From Candidatus Woesearchaeota archaeon (GTDB lineage: Archaea; Nanobdellota; Nanobdellia; Woesearchaeales; GW2011-AR4): a DNA stretch of 64,000 bases. Each line of letters begins with the position of its first letter. Position 1 is the stretch's first letter. The translations under genes and the position numbers were made by a program. Below, piece by piece: positions 8,822 to 17,535 of this stretch. Under the pieces are notes generated by a model, which was not told the DNA's origin, searched no databases, and saw nothing but the letters and a program-made list of their open reading frames with translations. Where the stretch lies: positions 7,317-71,316 of the forward strand of contig JAGVXV010000016.1 of the NCBI GenBank assembly GCA_018303625.1, read 5' to 3'.

Positions 8822-8856
8822 TAAAGTTTTAATATAACCACTCGTTAGTAAAATAT

Positions 8857-9726
8857 ATGGGCGGCTATACTAGAAGGCAAATTTTAGGGTACACAAAATA
8901 CTTGGTGGGGTTAATTGTGCCACCAGAATTTTCGTTATTGACATCATTAAATCCAATAGAAGACATTCATTTGGAAAAAAAAGTTAGGCTAGAATACTGG
9001 CTGGATAAACTGCCCATAAAAGGAAAGAACCCGCGTGATAGTTTTAAAGTAGGCACAATTTTAGGGGATCTTGGCCGAGCTGAAATCTATGTTGAATCAA
9101 ACAGCAGAGAATATATTGGTGCAATTGTAATGACAGTGCCATCTCTTGATTTTTTTAGGGTTCACATGTCAAAAGGGCTGGTAAAGAACGGCTTATATAT
9201 CCCCCAAACTACTATCAGAGTAGTTAATAACTTTGGTAAAAATTTTTCACATTCAGTAATTAAATACGACCAAGAAGATAGAACAGCAACTTATAATGAA
9301 GATTATAAAAATCGTAAAACTGGAAAAATAATGGGGTTCAGGAATTTCAGAATAGTTGCAGCAAATACGATGCCGGAAGGAAAGCATTTTGATGATATTA
9401 TTTCCGGTTTAGAGGGTATTAAAAGAGAATTGCCATATGCAGGATTTGCTGTTATAAGACAAATTAGCGATGAGAATTCAAATCCCCGACTTGATGAAGT
9501 GGTAGTAGAATTGTCAGATGAGAAATCGGAAAGCGGTTTAATTTTACAAGCTGATCTTTCAACTTTATTAGGAAACTCTGAAGGTACTAACATATTGATA
9601 GGCCACGTTAATTCTGAAGGTAGTCCTGTCAAAGGCAGCATAACTGATGTATATTTATGGTTTGATTTACTCATTGAAAGAGTTAGTCCAGAATTCAGTC
9701 GTGGTGGTAAAATTGTACAAAGATGA
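8857..9726 (+). CDS. Hypothetical protein (289 aa)
   Basis: Intact ORF, no recognisable motifs; lies in a tRNA-flanked interval. Confidence 0.45.
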   Translation: MGGYTRRQILGYTKYLVGLIVPPEFSLLTSLNPIEDIHLEKKVRLEYWLDKLPIKGKNPRDSFKVGTILGDLGRAEIYVESNSREYIGAIVMTVPSLDFFRVHMSKGLVKNGLYIPQTTIRVVNNFGKNFSHSVIKYDQEDRTATYNEDYKNRKTGKIMGFRNFRIVAANTMPEGKHFDDIISGLEGIKRELPYAGFAVIRQISDENSNPRLDEVVVELSDEKSESGLILQADLSTLLGNSEGTNILIGHVNSEGSPVKGSITDVYLWFDLLIERVSPEFSRGGKIVQR

Positions 9727-9991
9727 AACAAAAAAATTATCTTTGATATTAATATTTTTAATTTTAGTAGTGTCTGTTATTTTAGGTGTAGTTCCATTAG
9801 GAAAAGAAAACAGCAGTGAAATTTTAATCATAAGCACAAAAACAGGCTTTGAAACAAAAACATTTGTTGTTGAAAGCAAAGCAATCGAGCAGCCTTTTGC
9901 TGACAGGGAATACCCTAAAAGGTATACAGAAAAAATATGGGATTATTACGATAAATCGCAGGAAGCAAGGGACAGGACTTTTTTTAGGTAA
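9647..9991 (+). CDS. Hypothetical membrane-anchored protein (start uncertain; in-frame GTG codons near 9700)
   Basis: One TM segment LSLILIFLILVVSVILGVV then soluble tail; 80-nt overlap with upstream gene if ATG 9647 is used. Confidence 0.35.
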   Translation: MYIYGLIYSLKELVQNSVVVVKLYKDETKKLSLILIFLILVVSVILGVVPLGKENSSEILIISTKTGFETKTFVVESKAIEQPFADREYPKRYTEKIWDYYDKSQEARDRTFFR

Positions 9992-10010
9992 TTCTTGAGA
10001 AATAAATAAG

Positions 10011-10132
10011 TGCCGCTGGCGATATTTGAAATCACGACCTCTACGTAACCCAGTTAAGCTAAATCATCTCCCTGCGGATCAGAGCTCATAATATATGAGC
10101 GTAGCGCTCTAACCAGGCTGAGCTACAGCGGC
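10011..10132 (-). tRNA. tRNA-Met(CAU), elongator type (G1-C72), with ~47-nt 37/38 intron
   Basis: rc reads GCCGCTG-TA-GCTC-AGCCTGGTTA-GAGC-G-CTACG-CTCATA[intron, helix CTCATA/TATGAG]A-CGTAG-AGGTC-GTGAT-TTCAAAT-ATCGC-CAGCGGC-A. Confidence 0.7.
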
Positions 10133-10175
10133 ATAGCAGGAAAGAAAAAGTCAGGCTTTTAAAAAGATTACTGAA

Positions 10176-10586
10176 CTAGAGAAATTTTTTGATTTTTTCC
10201 TGGAATTCCTTCATCTCATTTTCCATGTATTTCTGGTGGCTCCACTTGAGCCTCAGCCTGTCGCTCTTGAATCTCGGGATGACATGCAGATGCGCGTGGC
10301 TCACTAATTGGCCTGCTTCCTTGCCATTGTTCATAACCAGATTGAAGGCCCCGTTGCCGACAGACAAAGACAGGGCTTTTGCAACCTTTTTTGCTGTTTT
10401 AATCAGCAGGCTTAAATCCTCATCAGGAACTTCAAGCAGGGTTTCGTAATGCTTTTTCGGAACTATAAGGCAATGCCCTTTGTTAGCGGGCATTATGTCA
10501 AGAAAAGCCATTACATTACTATCCTCATAGACTTTTGCAGCGGGAATTTTTCCACTGGCAATTTTGCAAAATACGCAATCTTCCAT
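10176..10586 (-). CDS. HIT-family nucleotide hydrolase
   Basis: Histidine triad HAHLHVIPR; N-terminal CVFC; 136 aa. Confidence 0.85.
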   Translation of the reverse strand: MEDCVFCKIASGKIPAAKVYEDSNVMAFLDIMPANKGHCLIVPKKHYETLLEVPDEDLSLLIKTAKKVAKALSLSVGNGAFNLVMNNGKEAGQLVSHAHLHVIPRFKSDRLRLKWSHQKYMENEMKEFQEKIKKFL

Positions 10587-10588
10587 TT

Positions 10589-11416
10589 TCAGATTTCCAG
10601 ATATTTCAAGTTTAAAGTGTGGATTTCGATAATAATGCAGTTTAATAAATCTTTCGGGTAGGAGCTGCCGACATTAATGCATGCAGTTTTTCCGATTTTA
10701 TCAGCAAAGCTGCCAGACATCCTGGGGCTTTCGTGGATATGGCCGTGCAGTGCAAGAAAAGGCTGCTCTTTTTCTATAAAGCTTCTTATTGCCTTGCTTC
10801 CGACATGCTGCTTCGCTGCGGTTATATCAAGCTTTGTGTTGAATGGAGGGGCGTGCATGACATAAACTGTTGAGCCTGGATTTGAAAGCCTTTTCAGTTT
10901 TTCCATATCCTCCTTTATCGTGCCTTTTTCCTCTTCCATGCTTCTTATGATTTCATCAGAAAATCTGTTTGGCTCCTCATTATTTTCATCTTCAAATTTC
11001 TCCCAGTCCCTCAGGCGGAAAGGAGTCGGGTTGACAAAGCTGTAGCCTACAATGCTTTTGCTTCCGAGCTTATGCATTTTTTTATGCATTATTTTTAAAA
11101 TTCCTTTTTCCTCGGCATCTTCAAGAATTTTATAATTGACTCTGAAATCGTCGTTGCCCATTATCAGGAAAACATCTTTTCCAAACTCTTCTATCTTCGG
11201 AATTAAAAAATTTTCAAGAAAGCTTTTTTGCACTTCAATTGAGCTTTCAAGCGAGGAGCCGCCTCTGGGGCACAAGTCGCCTCCAATGACAACCGCGTTT
11301 ATATCATTATCCCTGCCTTTCTCGAATAGTTTATTATAGAAATTCTCATTTCCATGTAAGTCCGCGGTGTAGAGGATTTTGAAGGGCATTTTAGCGTTTA
11401 TCGCGTTATTTGTCAA
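10589..11416 (-). CDS. Calcineurin-like metallophosphoesterase
   Basis: DLHG, GGDL, GNDD, HxH-type phosphoesterase motifs in order. Confidence 0.8.
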   Translation of the reverse strand: MTNNAINAKMPFKILYTADLHGNENFYNKLFEKGRDNDINAVVIGGDLCPRGGSSLESSIEVQKSFLENFLIPKIEEFGKDVFLIMGNDDFRVNYKILEDAEEKGILKIMHKKMHKLGSKSIVGYSFVNPTPFRLRDWEKFEDENNEEPNRFSDEIIRSMEEEKGTIKEDMEKLKRLSNPGSTVYVMHAPPFNTKLDITAAKQHVGSKAIRSFIEKEQPFLALHGHIHESPRMSGSFADKIGKTACINVGSSYPKDLLNCIIIEIHTLNLKYLEI

Positions 11417-11819
11417 GCAGCCTTTTGCACAGATTTATTAAATTCTTTATTTCTCCGATTGTTGCTTCTGCTTCCTCGATTGAAATTTTCCTGCCGTAGT
11501 AATTTATGGCATTCCTTATTTTCCTGATTCTGTCGTATGCGTCAGCGATTTCCTCCTCGCTTAAAACAGATTTTAGGAAACAAGTATAGCACTCATGATT
11601 GTAAATCTTGTAGCAGTGCTTGATTGCCAATGCCTCGAGAAGCTCCCTTAAGGAGTCATAGCAAAGGGTGATTACAGAGGAAGATGTCACTTCGCTAATT
11701 TCCAAGGAAGCTGCCGATATTGACTTGTTTTTTGAGGTTTCTTTTAAAGAATTTATCAATGCTATATCGGCATGTATCTTTTTTGCCAGCCTTCTTTCAA
11801 CGCATTCTTTCCAGTCCAT
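11406..11819 (-). CDS. HEPN-domain protein (putative toxin of a HEPN/MNT pair)
   Basis: All-helical 137 aa directly downstream of an MNT gene, overlapping the next gene; HEPN-like R..xxxH region (RIRKIRNAINYYG). Confidence 0.55.
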   Translation of the reverse strand: MDWKECVERRLAKKIHADIALINSLKETSKNKSISAASLEISEVTSSSVITLCYDSLRELLEALAIKHCYKIYNHECYTCFLKSVLSEEEIADAYDRIRKIRNAINYYGRKISIEEAEATIGEIKNLINLCKRLLDK

Positions 11820-11820
11820 T

Positions 11821-12306
11821 TTACCTTATTTTTATGCCTTTTTTTATGTTTTCCAGTAAATTTTCGTTTTTTGACGAATCCCTGAAGTGAATCTGCATCT
11901 TTCTTTTTAATTTAGTTTCTATATGTTTTGTGTCTATCTGCTTAGGCGCCATGTCGATGTAAAGGTCTACATCAGAGTCTTTGGTATTTTCAGCTTTTGC
12001 TATAGAGCCGAAAAGTATTACAGACTTAAACAGGACTTCCTTATGAATGCCCTCCAGCAGATGAAACAGCTTTTCCCTCCAGTAGGCAACTGCCAAGTCT
12101 TTGAATAAATGGCATTCATTGTTTGCCCTGAAAACAAGGTAAATTCCCTGCTTCTTACTTATCAGTAAACTCCCCGTTGCAAGGCCCTTTAATATTTTAG
12201 ATGCTGTTGGTGGGCTGATTTTCCTTAATCTACCATACTCCCTGACAGAAAACTCTCTGTAAACATCCTCAAAAAAAGGCTCCAAATTGTTAAATATTTT
12301 TAACAT
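11821..12306 (-). CDS. Minimal nucleotidyltransferase (MNT) with N-terminal wHTH-like region
   Basis: LFGSIAKAENTKDSDVDLYID = GS..D.D nucleotidyltransferase signature. Confidence 0.7.
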   Translation of the reverse strand: MLKIFNNLEPFFEDVYREFSVREYGRLRKISPPTASKILKGLATGSLLISKKQGIYLVFRANNECHLFKDLAVAYWREKLFHLLEGIHKEVLFKSVILFGSIAKAENTKDSDVDLYIDMAPKQIDTKHIETKLKRKMQIHFRDSSKNENLLENIKKGIKIR

Positions 12307-12407
12307 ATGTTAAATAACATTAACAAGTGTTTATAAATTTTTCTGTTATTACTGGGTTTTTGACGATGTTCAGAAAGTCTGCTGTGTAGAGGATTTTAAA
12401 GGGTGTT

Positions 12408-12821
12408 TTATTTCTTGATTATTTTTAATGCTTTTTTCAATTTTGATTTTTTGATTAAAAAATAATCTTTATTATGGGTAGAGACCACTCCTGCGCTTAT
12501 CTTATTTTCAGCCAATAATTTAGTAATGCCTGCAATAAATCCTATTAAATTCCAACTTAAATCCTTATCAAAATAAAAAATTTTAAAATCTTTCTCAGTT
12601 TTATAATTTTCAAAATTGTTTTTTACTTTATTCCAATCTTCTCTGGAGATTATTAATGAAACTTCTTTATTTTCCTTCGATAGTGTATAGAAGTTCTTAA
12701 TTTTGGACAAATTATTAATTAATTTAGAAGTGTCTTCTTTCTTCAATCTTGCAATTATAAATTCTGAGTAAATTGTCTTAAGTTTTGATTTTTTTATTAT
12801 TTTTTTTATTTTGGAATCCAT
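12408..12821 (-). CDS. Hypothetical protein, possibly ACT-like small-molecule-binding domain
   Basis: K-rich 137 aa; C-terminal DLSWNLIGFIAGITKLLAENKISAGVVSTHNKDYFLI resembles ACT fold; weak. Confidence 0.4.
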   Translation of the reverse strand: MDSKIKKIIKKSKLKTIYSEFIIARLKKEDTSKLINNLSKIKNFYTLSKENKEVSLIISREDWNKVKNNFENYKTEKDFKIFYFDKDLSWNLIGFIAGITKLLAENKISAGVVSTHNKDYFLIKKSKLKKALKIIKK

Positions 12822-12835
12822 TTTAAGGTTAAAAA

Positions 12836-12940
12836 TGGACCGGCCGGGATTTGAATTTCCGAATCACAAGTTTTTACTTGCAATTTCCCGGAGTCTTTCC
12901 CTAGCCAAGGGAACACGATACCAGATTTCGCCACCGGCCC
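12836..12940 (-). tRNA. tRNA-Ala(GGC) with G3:U70 and a ~31-nt insertion between T-stem and T-loop
   Basis: rc reads GGGCCGG-TG-GCGA-AATCTGGTA-TCGT-G-TTCCC-TTGGCTA-GGGAA-AGACT-CCGGG[aaattgcaagtaaaaacttgtgattcggaaa]TTCAAAT-CCCGG-CCGGTCC-A; U37 is unusual. Confidence 0.55.
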
Positions 12941-13028
12941 ATTAAAAGCAGTGAGAAAAATAACAATATAAAATACTTTTCATTAAAATACTAACTCATT
13001 AATAAAAATCAAAGGGGAGGGAAGGTTT

Positions 13029-13121
13029 ATGTTTGCACTTTCTGGAAATGTTATGCCCTCCACCCACCCGTTAAGATTAAGCAAGAAAGTGCAGATATCA
13101 TATTATATTGCGAGCCAATGA
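13029..13121 (+). CDS. Mini-ORF c3 (30 codons) of the SD/PxHPL hairpin-element family
   Basis: AAAGGGGAGGGAAGG 4 nt upstream of ATG; MFALSGNVMPSTHPLRLSKKVQISYYIASQ; C-rich tract CCCTCCACCCACCC can pair with the G-rich SD tract. Confidence 0.25.
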   Translation: MFALSGNVMPSTHPLRLSKKVQISYYIASQ

Positions 13122-13176
13122 GCGAGCCTAGAATACGCCGTAGGCATATTAAATTTTAAGAAGGATTATTTAATTT

Positions 13177-13389
13177 TTACTTTGCAGCCAGCTTAACATC
13201 CCCTTCATGGACGGTTACCCTTCCTGAATGCTTGGCTATCTGAGATGCCTTGTTCGCTATCTGCAGGGCTTTCTCGGTAAGAATTTCGGTAAAAGCGCTC
13301 ACAGCGCCTGAAGAAACCCTTTTAGCGCCAGCGTTGAGCAGAATCCTGCCTACAGGCGCTTTAGGAATTATGCTTGTTTTTCTGCCCAT
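13177..13389 (-). CDS. Archaeal histone (HMf-like histone fold)
   Basis: 70 aa; PKAPVGRIL...AGAKRVS...HSGRVTV..DVKLA matches archaeal histone A/B. Confidence 0.85.
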   Translation of the reverse strand: MGRKTSIIPKAPVGRILLNAGAKRVSSGAVSAFTEILTEKALQIANKASQIAKHSGRVTVHEGDVKLAAK

Positions 13390-13520
13390 ATTGCCCCAAA
13401 AAACCCTTTTTAATAAAAAAGAGGAGTAAATAGAACCCCTCCAGTCTTTGCTTGCTATTTTTATTGCGTAGCTTATTTAAATAGTTTTCGTTTTTGAATT
13501 TTTAAGTATATTTGAAAGAA

Positions 13521-13970
13521 TTATTGCTTATAAAAATAAACTTTCTTCTCTTTTTGCCTGAATAAAACATCAAAATTATCAAAAATTATTTTTCTGCCAA
13601 GTATCATTTCATAGTCTTCATTAATTTTAAATGGCCTTGTTATCCAAAAAATTGGGATATTAAGCCTATGCTCTCCAATCCATATATCTACATGTTTTGG
13701 GAAAGCTTTTTCTGTCCCGGTAAGGCCTCTCAGCTCATCTGGTTCGCCTTCAAGCTCGTCTCCTACCCCTAATTGGTAACCAAAAGGGTCTAAAAAGGAT
13801 ATTGTCCTGTCAGAGCCGGAATCAATCAAAGCATTCATCTTGAAGTTTTCCTTTTTAACACCAACTAAAGCCATTGGTCTAAGAACTCGCTCTAGTTTGC
13901 CGCTTATAACAATATCATGGAGCTTATAAGGAAAGACAACAGGCTTTTTTTTAGAATAATCCAGAGTCAT
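13521..13970 (-). CDS. Putative retropepsin-like aspartic peptidase
   Basis: ALIDSGSD = D-S/T-G-A-like catalytic motif in a ~150-aa protein; clan AA-like; tentative. Confidence 0.45.
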   Translation of the reverse strand: MTLDYSKKKPVVFPYKLHDIVISGKLERVLRPMALVGVKKENFKMNALIDSGSDRTISFLDPFGYQLGVGDELEGEPDELRGLTGTEKAFPKHVDIWIGEHRLNIPIFWITRPFKINEDYEMILGRKIIFDNFDVLFRQKEKKVYFYKQ

Positions 13971-13972
13971 CT

Positions 13973-14200
13973 TTACAAGGACATGGCCATCTTTACTTTT
14001 GGAACACAGATTAATGCCACTTCCTTATCCTCTTTTTGGGCTAATAACTGCTTCATTACCTTTTTTGGGTCTTTGTTTTTAAAGGCAATTTTTCCTTCAA
14101 CTATGCCTACAGCTAAGCCGGCATAATCCCTCAAGTCCATTGAATTAAACCTGTCCAATGCAGTTTTAGTTGCCATATACATCATCTTTCTTATAGACAA
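13973..14200 (-). CDS. Hypothetical small protein (75 aa)
   Basis: Immediately upstream of, and probably co-transcribed with, the peptidase-like gene. Confidence 0.3.
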   Translation of the reverse strand: MSIRKMMYMATKTALDRFNSMDLRDYAGLAVGIVEGKIAFKNKDPKKVMKQLLAQKEDKEVALICVPKVKMAMSL

Positions 14201-14521
14201 ATATAAACTTTACTGATTTATTAAGTTTTTTGTTTTTTCTTTCTTTATTTATGTCTAAAGTCCAGATTGCCAATATCTTAAAAATAGATATGCAATTAAA
14301 CCAAATGGAAAAATTATAATAGGATTAAAAAACATTAAAATTCCGACTCCAATAGCAACAACTAATAATAAATACGTTTGAACTTTTTTATCTTTCAGGT
14401 TAATTTTCTTCTTCATTATCACCCATCTTTATCCTTTCCCTTAATAAATTTAACCATTATTTATTTTTAAATGACATTTAAACCAAAATATTTAAAATAA
14501 GGGGTGATTATTTCTTAATTA

Positions 14522-16201
14522 ATGGAATTAAAAAATATAATACTCAAGTATGCCCTCCAAAACGCGGTCAAGTACAATGGAAAGGCTGATGCAAATGCAG
14601 TTATAGGGAAGATTTTGGGCGAAAATCCGGGATTAAGAAAAGAAGCCAAAAAAGTAATAGATGAAATAAGCAAAGTAATAAAGGATGTAAACAGGCTTTC
14701 CCCGGAAAAGCAGAGGGAAAAATTAGAAGATATTGCGCCTGAGCTGCTGGAAAAGAAAAAAGAGGAAGGAAAAGACATTTTTGCATTTCTGGAAATAAGC
14801 CCGGGGGAGGAGGTAAGAACCGCTTTTCCGCCTGAGCCAAGCAAATACCCCCATATAGGGCATGCAAAAGCAATAATCCTGAACTACGAGCTGGCAAAAA
14901 GATACAATGGAATTTTTGTTATAAGGTTCGAAGACACAAACCCAAAATTAGCCACAAGCGAATTCTACAAAGTGCATCTTCAGGGCTATGAATGGCTTGG
15001 AATCAAGGCTGACAAAATTGAGTACGCATCAGACTTTATGGATATTTTTTATGAGCAGGGAGAAATACTGGTTAAAAGCGTGCATGCTTATGTATGCTCC
15101 TGCGCACAGGAGGAGATAAAGAAAAACAGGTTTGAGGGCAGGGAATGCAATTGCAGATATGTGCCTGCTGAGGAAAATCTGAAAAAATACAGCGAGATGT
15201 TCAAGGCAAAGGAAGGAAAACTCATCCTGAGGCTTAAGGGCTACATGCAGCACCAGAATACAGTTATGCGCGATCCAACTTTAATGCGCATCATTGATGA
15301 AAGCCATCCAAGGACAAGGAAAAAATACCGCGTTTGGCCTACCTATGACTTTGAGAATGCAGTCATGGACGGCGTTGAAAAAATAACCCACAGATTAAGA
15401 AGCAAGGAATTTGAGATGAGAAATGAGCTGCATAGGCACATACAGGCAGCATTGGGCTTTCGCGAAACGAAAATCTATGAGTTTGCCCGCTTTAACCTTG
15501 AAGGGGTTGAAAGCTCAGGCCGCATAATAAGGGAGAAAATAAGGAAAAAAGAGCTTATCGGATGGGATGACCCTTCATTGACAACGCTAATTGCATTAAG
15601 AAGGCGCGGTTTTTTGCCAGAAGCGATAAAGGAATTCGTGCTTTCAACAGGCATTACAAAAACAGAGGCAACTTTAACTTGGGATGACTTAATCTCGCAT
15701 AACAGAAAACTGCTTGACGCAAAGTGCAACAGGTATTTTTTCATAAGCGACGCAAAGGAAATCAAAATAGAGAATGCCCCTGAGCAGGAGGCTGAATTAA
15801 AGCTGCATCCTGACTTCAAGGAAAGGGGATTCAGGAAATTTAAGGCAAAAGACAGGTTTTACGTAGAAAAAGAGGACTTTAAGGAGTTCAAGGACAATAA
15901 ATTATACAGGCTGATGGACTGCCTGAATTTCAAAAAAGCAAAAGGCAAGCTTGTTTTTGACTCCTTGGAACATGAGAAATATAAAAAGCACGGGGAAAAA
16001 ATAATCCATTGGCTTCCTGTGCAAAAAGATCTGGTGAAAGCCGAGATTTTGATGCCGGACAAAAAAACCATAAAAGGCATTGCAGAGCCTATGGTAAAGA
16101 ATTTGAAAGCTGGAGAAGTAGTGCAATTTGCCAGATTCGGCTTCTGCAGGCTGGACAAAAAGGAAAAAAATAAGTTGAGTTTTTGGTTTACTCATAAGTA
16201 A
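14522..16201 (+). CDS. gltX: Glutamyl-tRNA synthetase (archaeal, probably non-discriminating) with N-terminal GatB/YqeY-like appended domain
   Basis: HIGH motif PHIGHAKA, RFEDTNP; 559 aa; first ~100 aa (NGKADANAVIGKILGENPGLRKE...) resemble the C-terminal half of GatB/YqeY. Confidence 0.85.
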   Translation: MELKNIILKYALQNAVKYNGKADANAVIGKILGENPGLRKEAKKVIDEISKVIKDVNRLSPEKQREKLEDIAPELLEKKKEEGKDIFAFLEISPGEEVRTAFPPEPSKYPHIGHAKAIILNYELAKRYNGIFVIRFEDTNPKLATSEFYKVHLQGYEWLGIKADKIEYASDFMDIFYEQGEILVKSVHAYVCSCAQEEIKKNRFEGRECNCRYVPAEENLKKYSEMFKAKEGKLILRLKGYMQHQNTVMRDPTLMRIIDESHPRTRKKYRVWPTYDFENAVMDGVEKITHRLRSKEFEMRNELHRHIQAALGFRETKIYEFARFNLEGVESSGRIIREKIRKKELIGWDDPSLTTLIALRRRGFLPEAIKEFVLSTGITKTEATLTWDDLISHNRKLLDAKCNRYFFISDAKEIKIENAPEQEAELKLHPDFKERGFRKFKAKDRFYVEKEDFKEFKDNKLYRLMDCLNFKKAKGKLVFDSLEHEKYKKHGEKIIHWLPVQKDLVKAEILMPDKKTIKGIAEPMVKNLKAGEVVQFARFGFCRLDKKEKNKLSFWFTHK

Positions 16202-16230
16202 TAGACAGTTATAATATCAATTAATAAATA

Positions 16231-16297
16231 GGCGAGGCTTGAGCGCAATGGCAGGAAGCGAAAGCCGAGCACTAGAATTGGCGAACGAAGTGAGCAT
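16231..16297. repeat. Third copy of the ~65-nt GC-rich unit (GGCGAGG..TGGCAGGA..GCCGAGCACTAG..GCGAAC..GTGAGC)
   Basis: Shares blocks with both arms of the 6096-6235 palindrome; GC-rich island in AT-rich spacer after gltX. Confidence 0.5.
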
Positions 16298-16432
16298 ATT
16301 TTAAATTAAAAATAAAATAATAATTTGTGCCGAAGGCACGGATTGAAAATTAAGATGGTGCTTATTAAAAAATAAATTGACGAGGTGATTTGCATTACAA
16401 AAAGCATAATTGTAAGGACACAAGTGAAGGAA

Positions 16433-16576
16433 ATGGCGAAAATTGACGGGAAGGCGTTGAATGTGACTGCAGACTTTTACTCTGCCTTAGACGAGAAAGT
16501 AAAGAAAATCGTGGAAGAGGCATGCAAAAGGGCCAAGCAAAACAGCAGGAATACAGTAATGGGCAGGGATGTTTAG
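16433..16576 (+). CDS. Hypothetical small protein (47 aa from MAKIDGK)
   Basis: MAKIDGKALNVTADFYSALDEKVKKIVEEACKRAKQNSRNTVMGRDV; histone-fold/DUF1931-like feel; start uncertain (track GTG 16385). Confidence 0.35.
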   Translation: MAKIDGKALNVTADFYSALDEKVKKIVEEACKRAKQNSRNTVMGRDV

Positions 16577-16577
16577 C

Positions 16578-16943
16578 TTATTTTTTGTGTTTTTTCTCCT
16601 GCACTGCCTGATGGATAATTGACTTCATTTTAGAGATAGTCTCTGCAACTCTTTTTATTTCCTCTTTATTCTGGATTAGTGCCCTGTCCCTTTCCTTTTT
16701 TGCAGCTGAAAGCTCCTTTTCAAGAATGCTGATTTTTCCCGCCAAATGCCTTATAACATCTTCATTGCCTGCGCCCAAAAGCCTGCCTTCCTTTTGAGGC
16801 AGATTTTCAGCCTGTTTTTTTTCAGCAAAAGGAATTTTCCCGGATTTATTGGATTCATTATGCCTTCCGGCAGCCATGCAGACATGCCTGATGAAATGCT
16901 TTAGTTCAGAAGGATGTATTTTTACAGAAGCGTCTTCCTGCAT
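16578..16943 (-). CDS. Hypothetical coiled-coil protein (122 aa from MQEDAS)
   Basis: Start trimmed to avoid overlap with upstream ORF; heptad-rich C-terminus. Confidence 0.35.
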   Translation of the reverse strand: MQEDASVKIHPSELKHFIRHVCMAAGRHNESNKSGKIPFAEKKQAENLPQKEGRLLGAGNEDVIRHLAGKISILEKELSAAKKERDRALIQNKEEIKRVAETISKMKSIIHQAVQEKKHKK

Positions 16944-16944
16944 T

Positions 16945-17535
16945 TTATTTTTTGAACCTACCGAAAAGGCCCTTTTTCTTTGTCTCGTCAAAAGGCAATG
17001 GCTCTTCAAACAGCGGCGATTGAGGCATAGGCGCCATGGGCGCGCTTGGTATCTGTATGGTTGGCATGGGCTTCGGGAGCGTATGCCTTGGCATCGGCGC
17101 CATCGGCTTAGGACCTAAATCAGAAAATTTTGGATATTCCTGCTGCTCAAAGGCTGGAAATTCCGCCCTGGGCTCGGGCCTCAAAAACGGCTTTGGCTCT
17201 CTTGCCCTCTCCATGCTTTCCTTGATCATATCCGCAACTGCAACTATGCCCTCTGCTATTATCTTGTTCTGCTCTATTATCGAGTCAAGCTTGTCAATCA
17301 GAGGCTCTATTTTCTTTGCAACGAAATGCTCGTCTTTTTCCTCAAGGCGCATGTCCTCAGCTGCTGTCTTGAACAGGCCCATCAAAGAATTCATCTGCTC
17401 AGCAAGCTTGCCTACAGACTGGGAAAGCGGGTTAGAATTATCGTCTGAGCCTTTTGACTTCAATTCCTGCACCTGCTTTCTTAGCTCAACAATCTCCTTA
17501 TAAGGCATTATCTCGTAAGGACCTTCTTCCGCCAT
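16945..17535 (-). CDS. Hypothetical coiled-coil protein with Pro/Met-rich C-terminal tail
   Basis: GGGG SD ~10 nt upstream of ATG; PKPMAPMPRHTLPKPMPTIQIPSAPMAPMPQSP low-complexity tail; the antisense ORF 17036-17503 looks artefactual. Confidence 0.45.
   Translation of the reverse strand: MAEEGPYEIMPYKEIVELRKQVQELKSKGSDDNSNPLSQSVGKLAEQMNSLMGLFKTAAEDMRLEEKDEHFVAKKIEPLIDKLDSIIEQNKIIAEGIVAVADMIKESMERAREPKPFLRPEPRAEFPAFEQQEYPKFSDLGPKPMAPMPRHTLPKPMPTIQIPSAPMAPMPQSPLFEEPLPFDETKKKGLFGRFKK

Noticed and set aside
17036-17503. 155-aa plus-strand ORF rich in Gly/Ser/Cys
   Set aside because: Antisense to the better-supported minus-strand coiled-coil gene (which has an SD and regular heptads).
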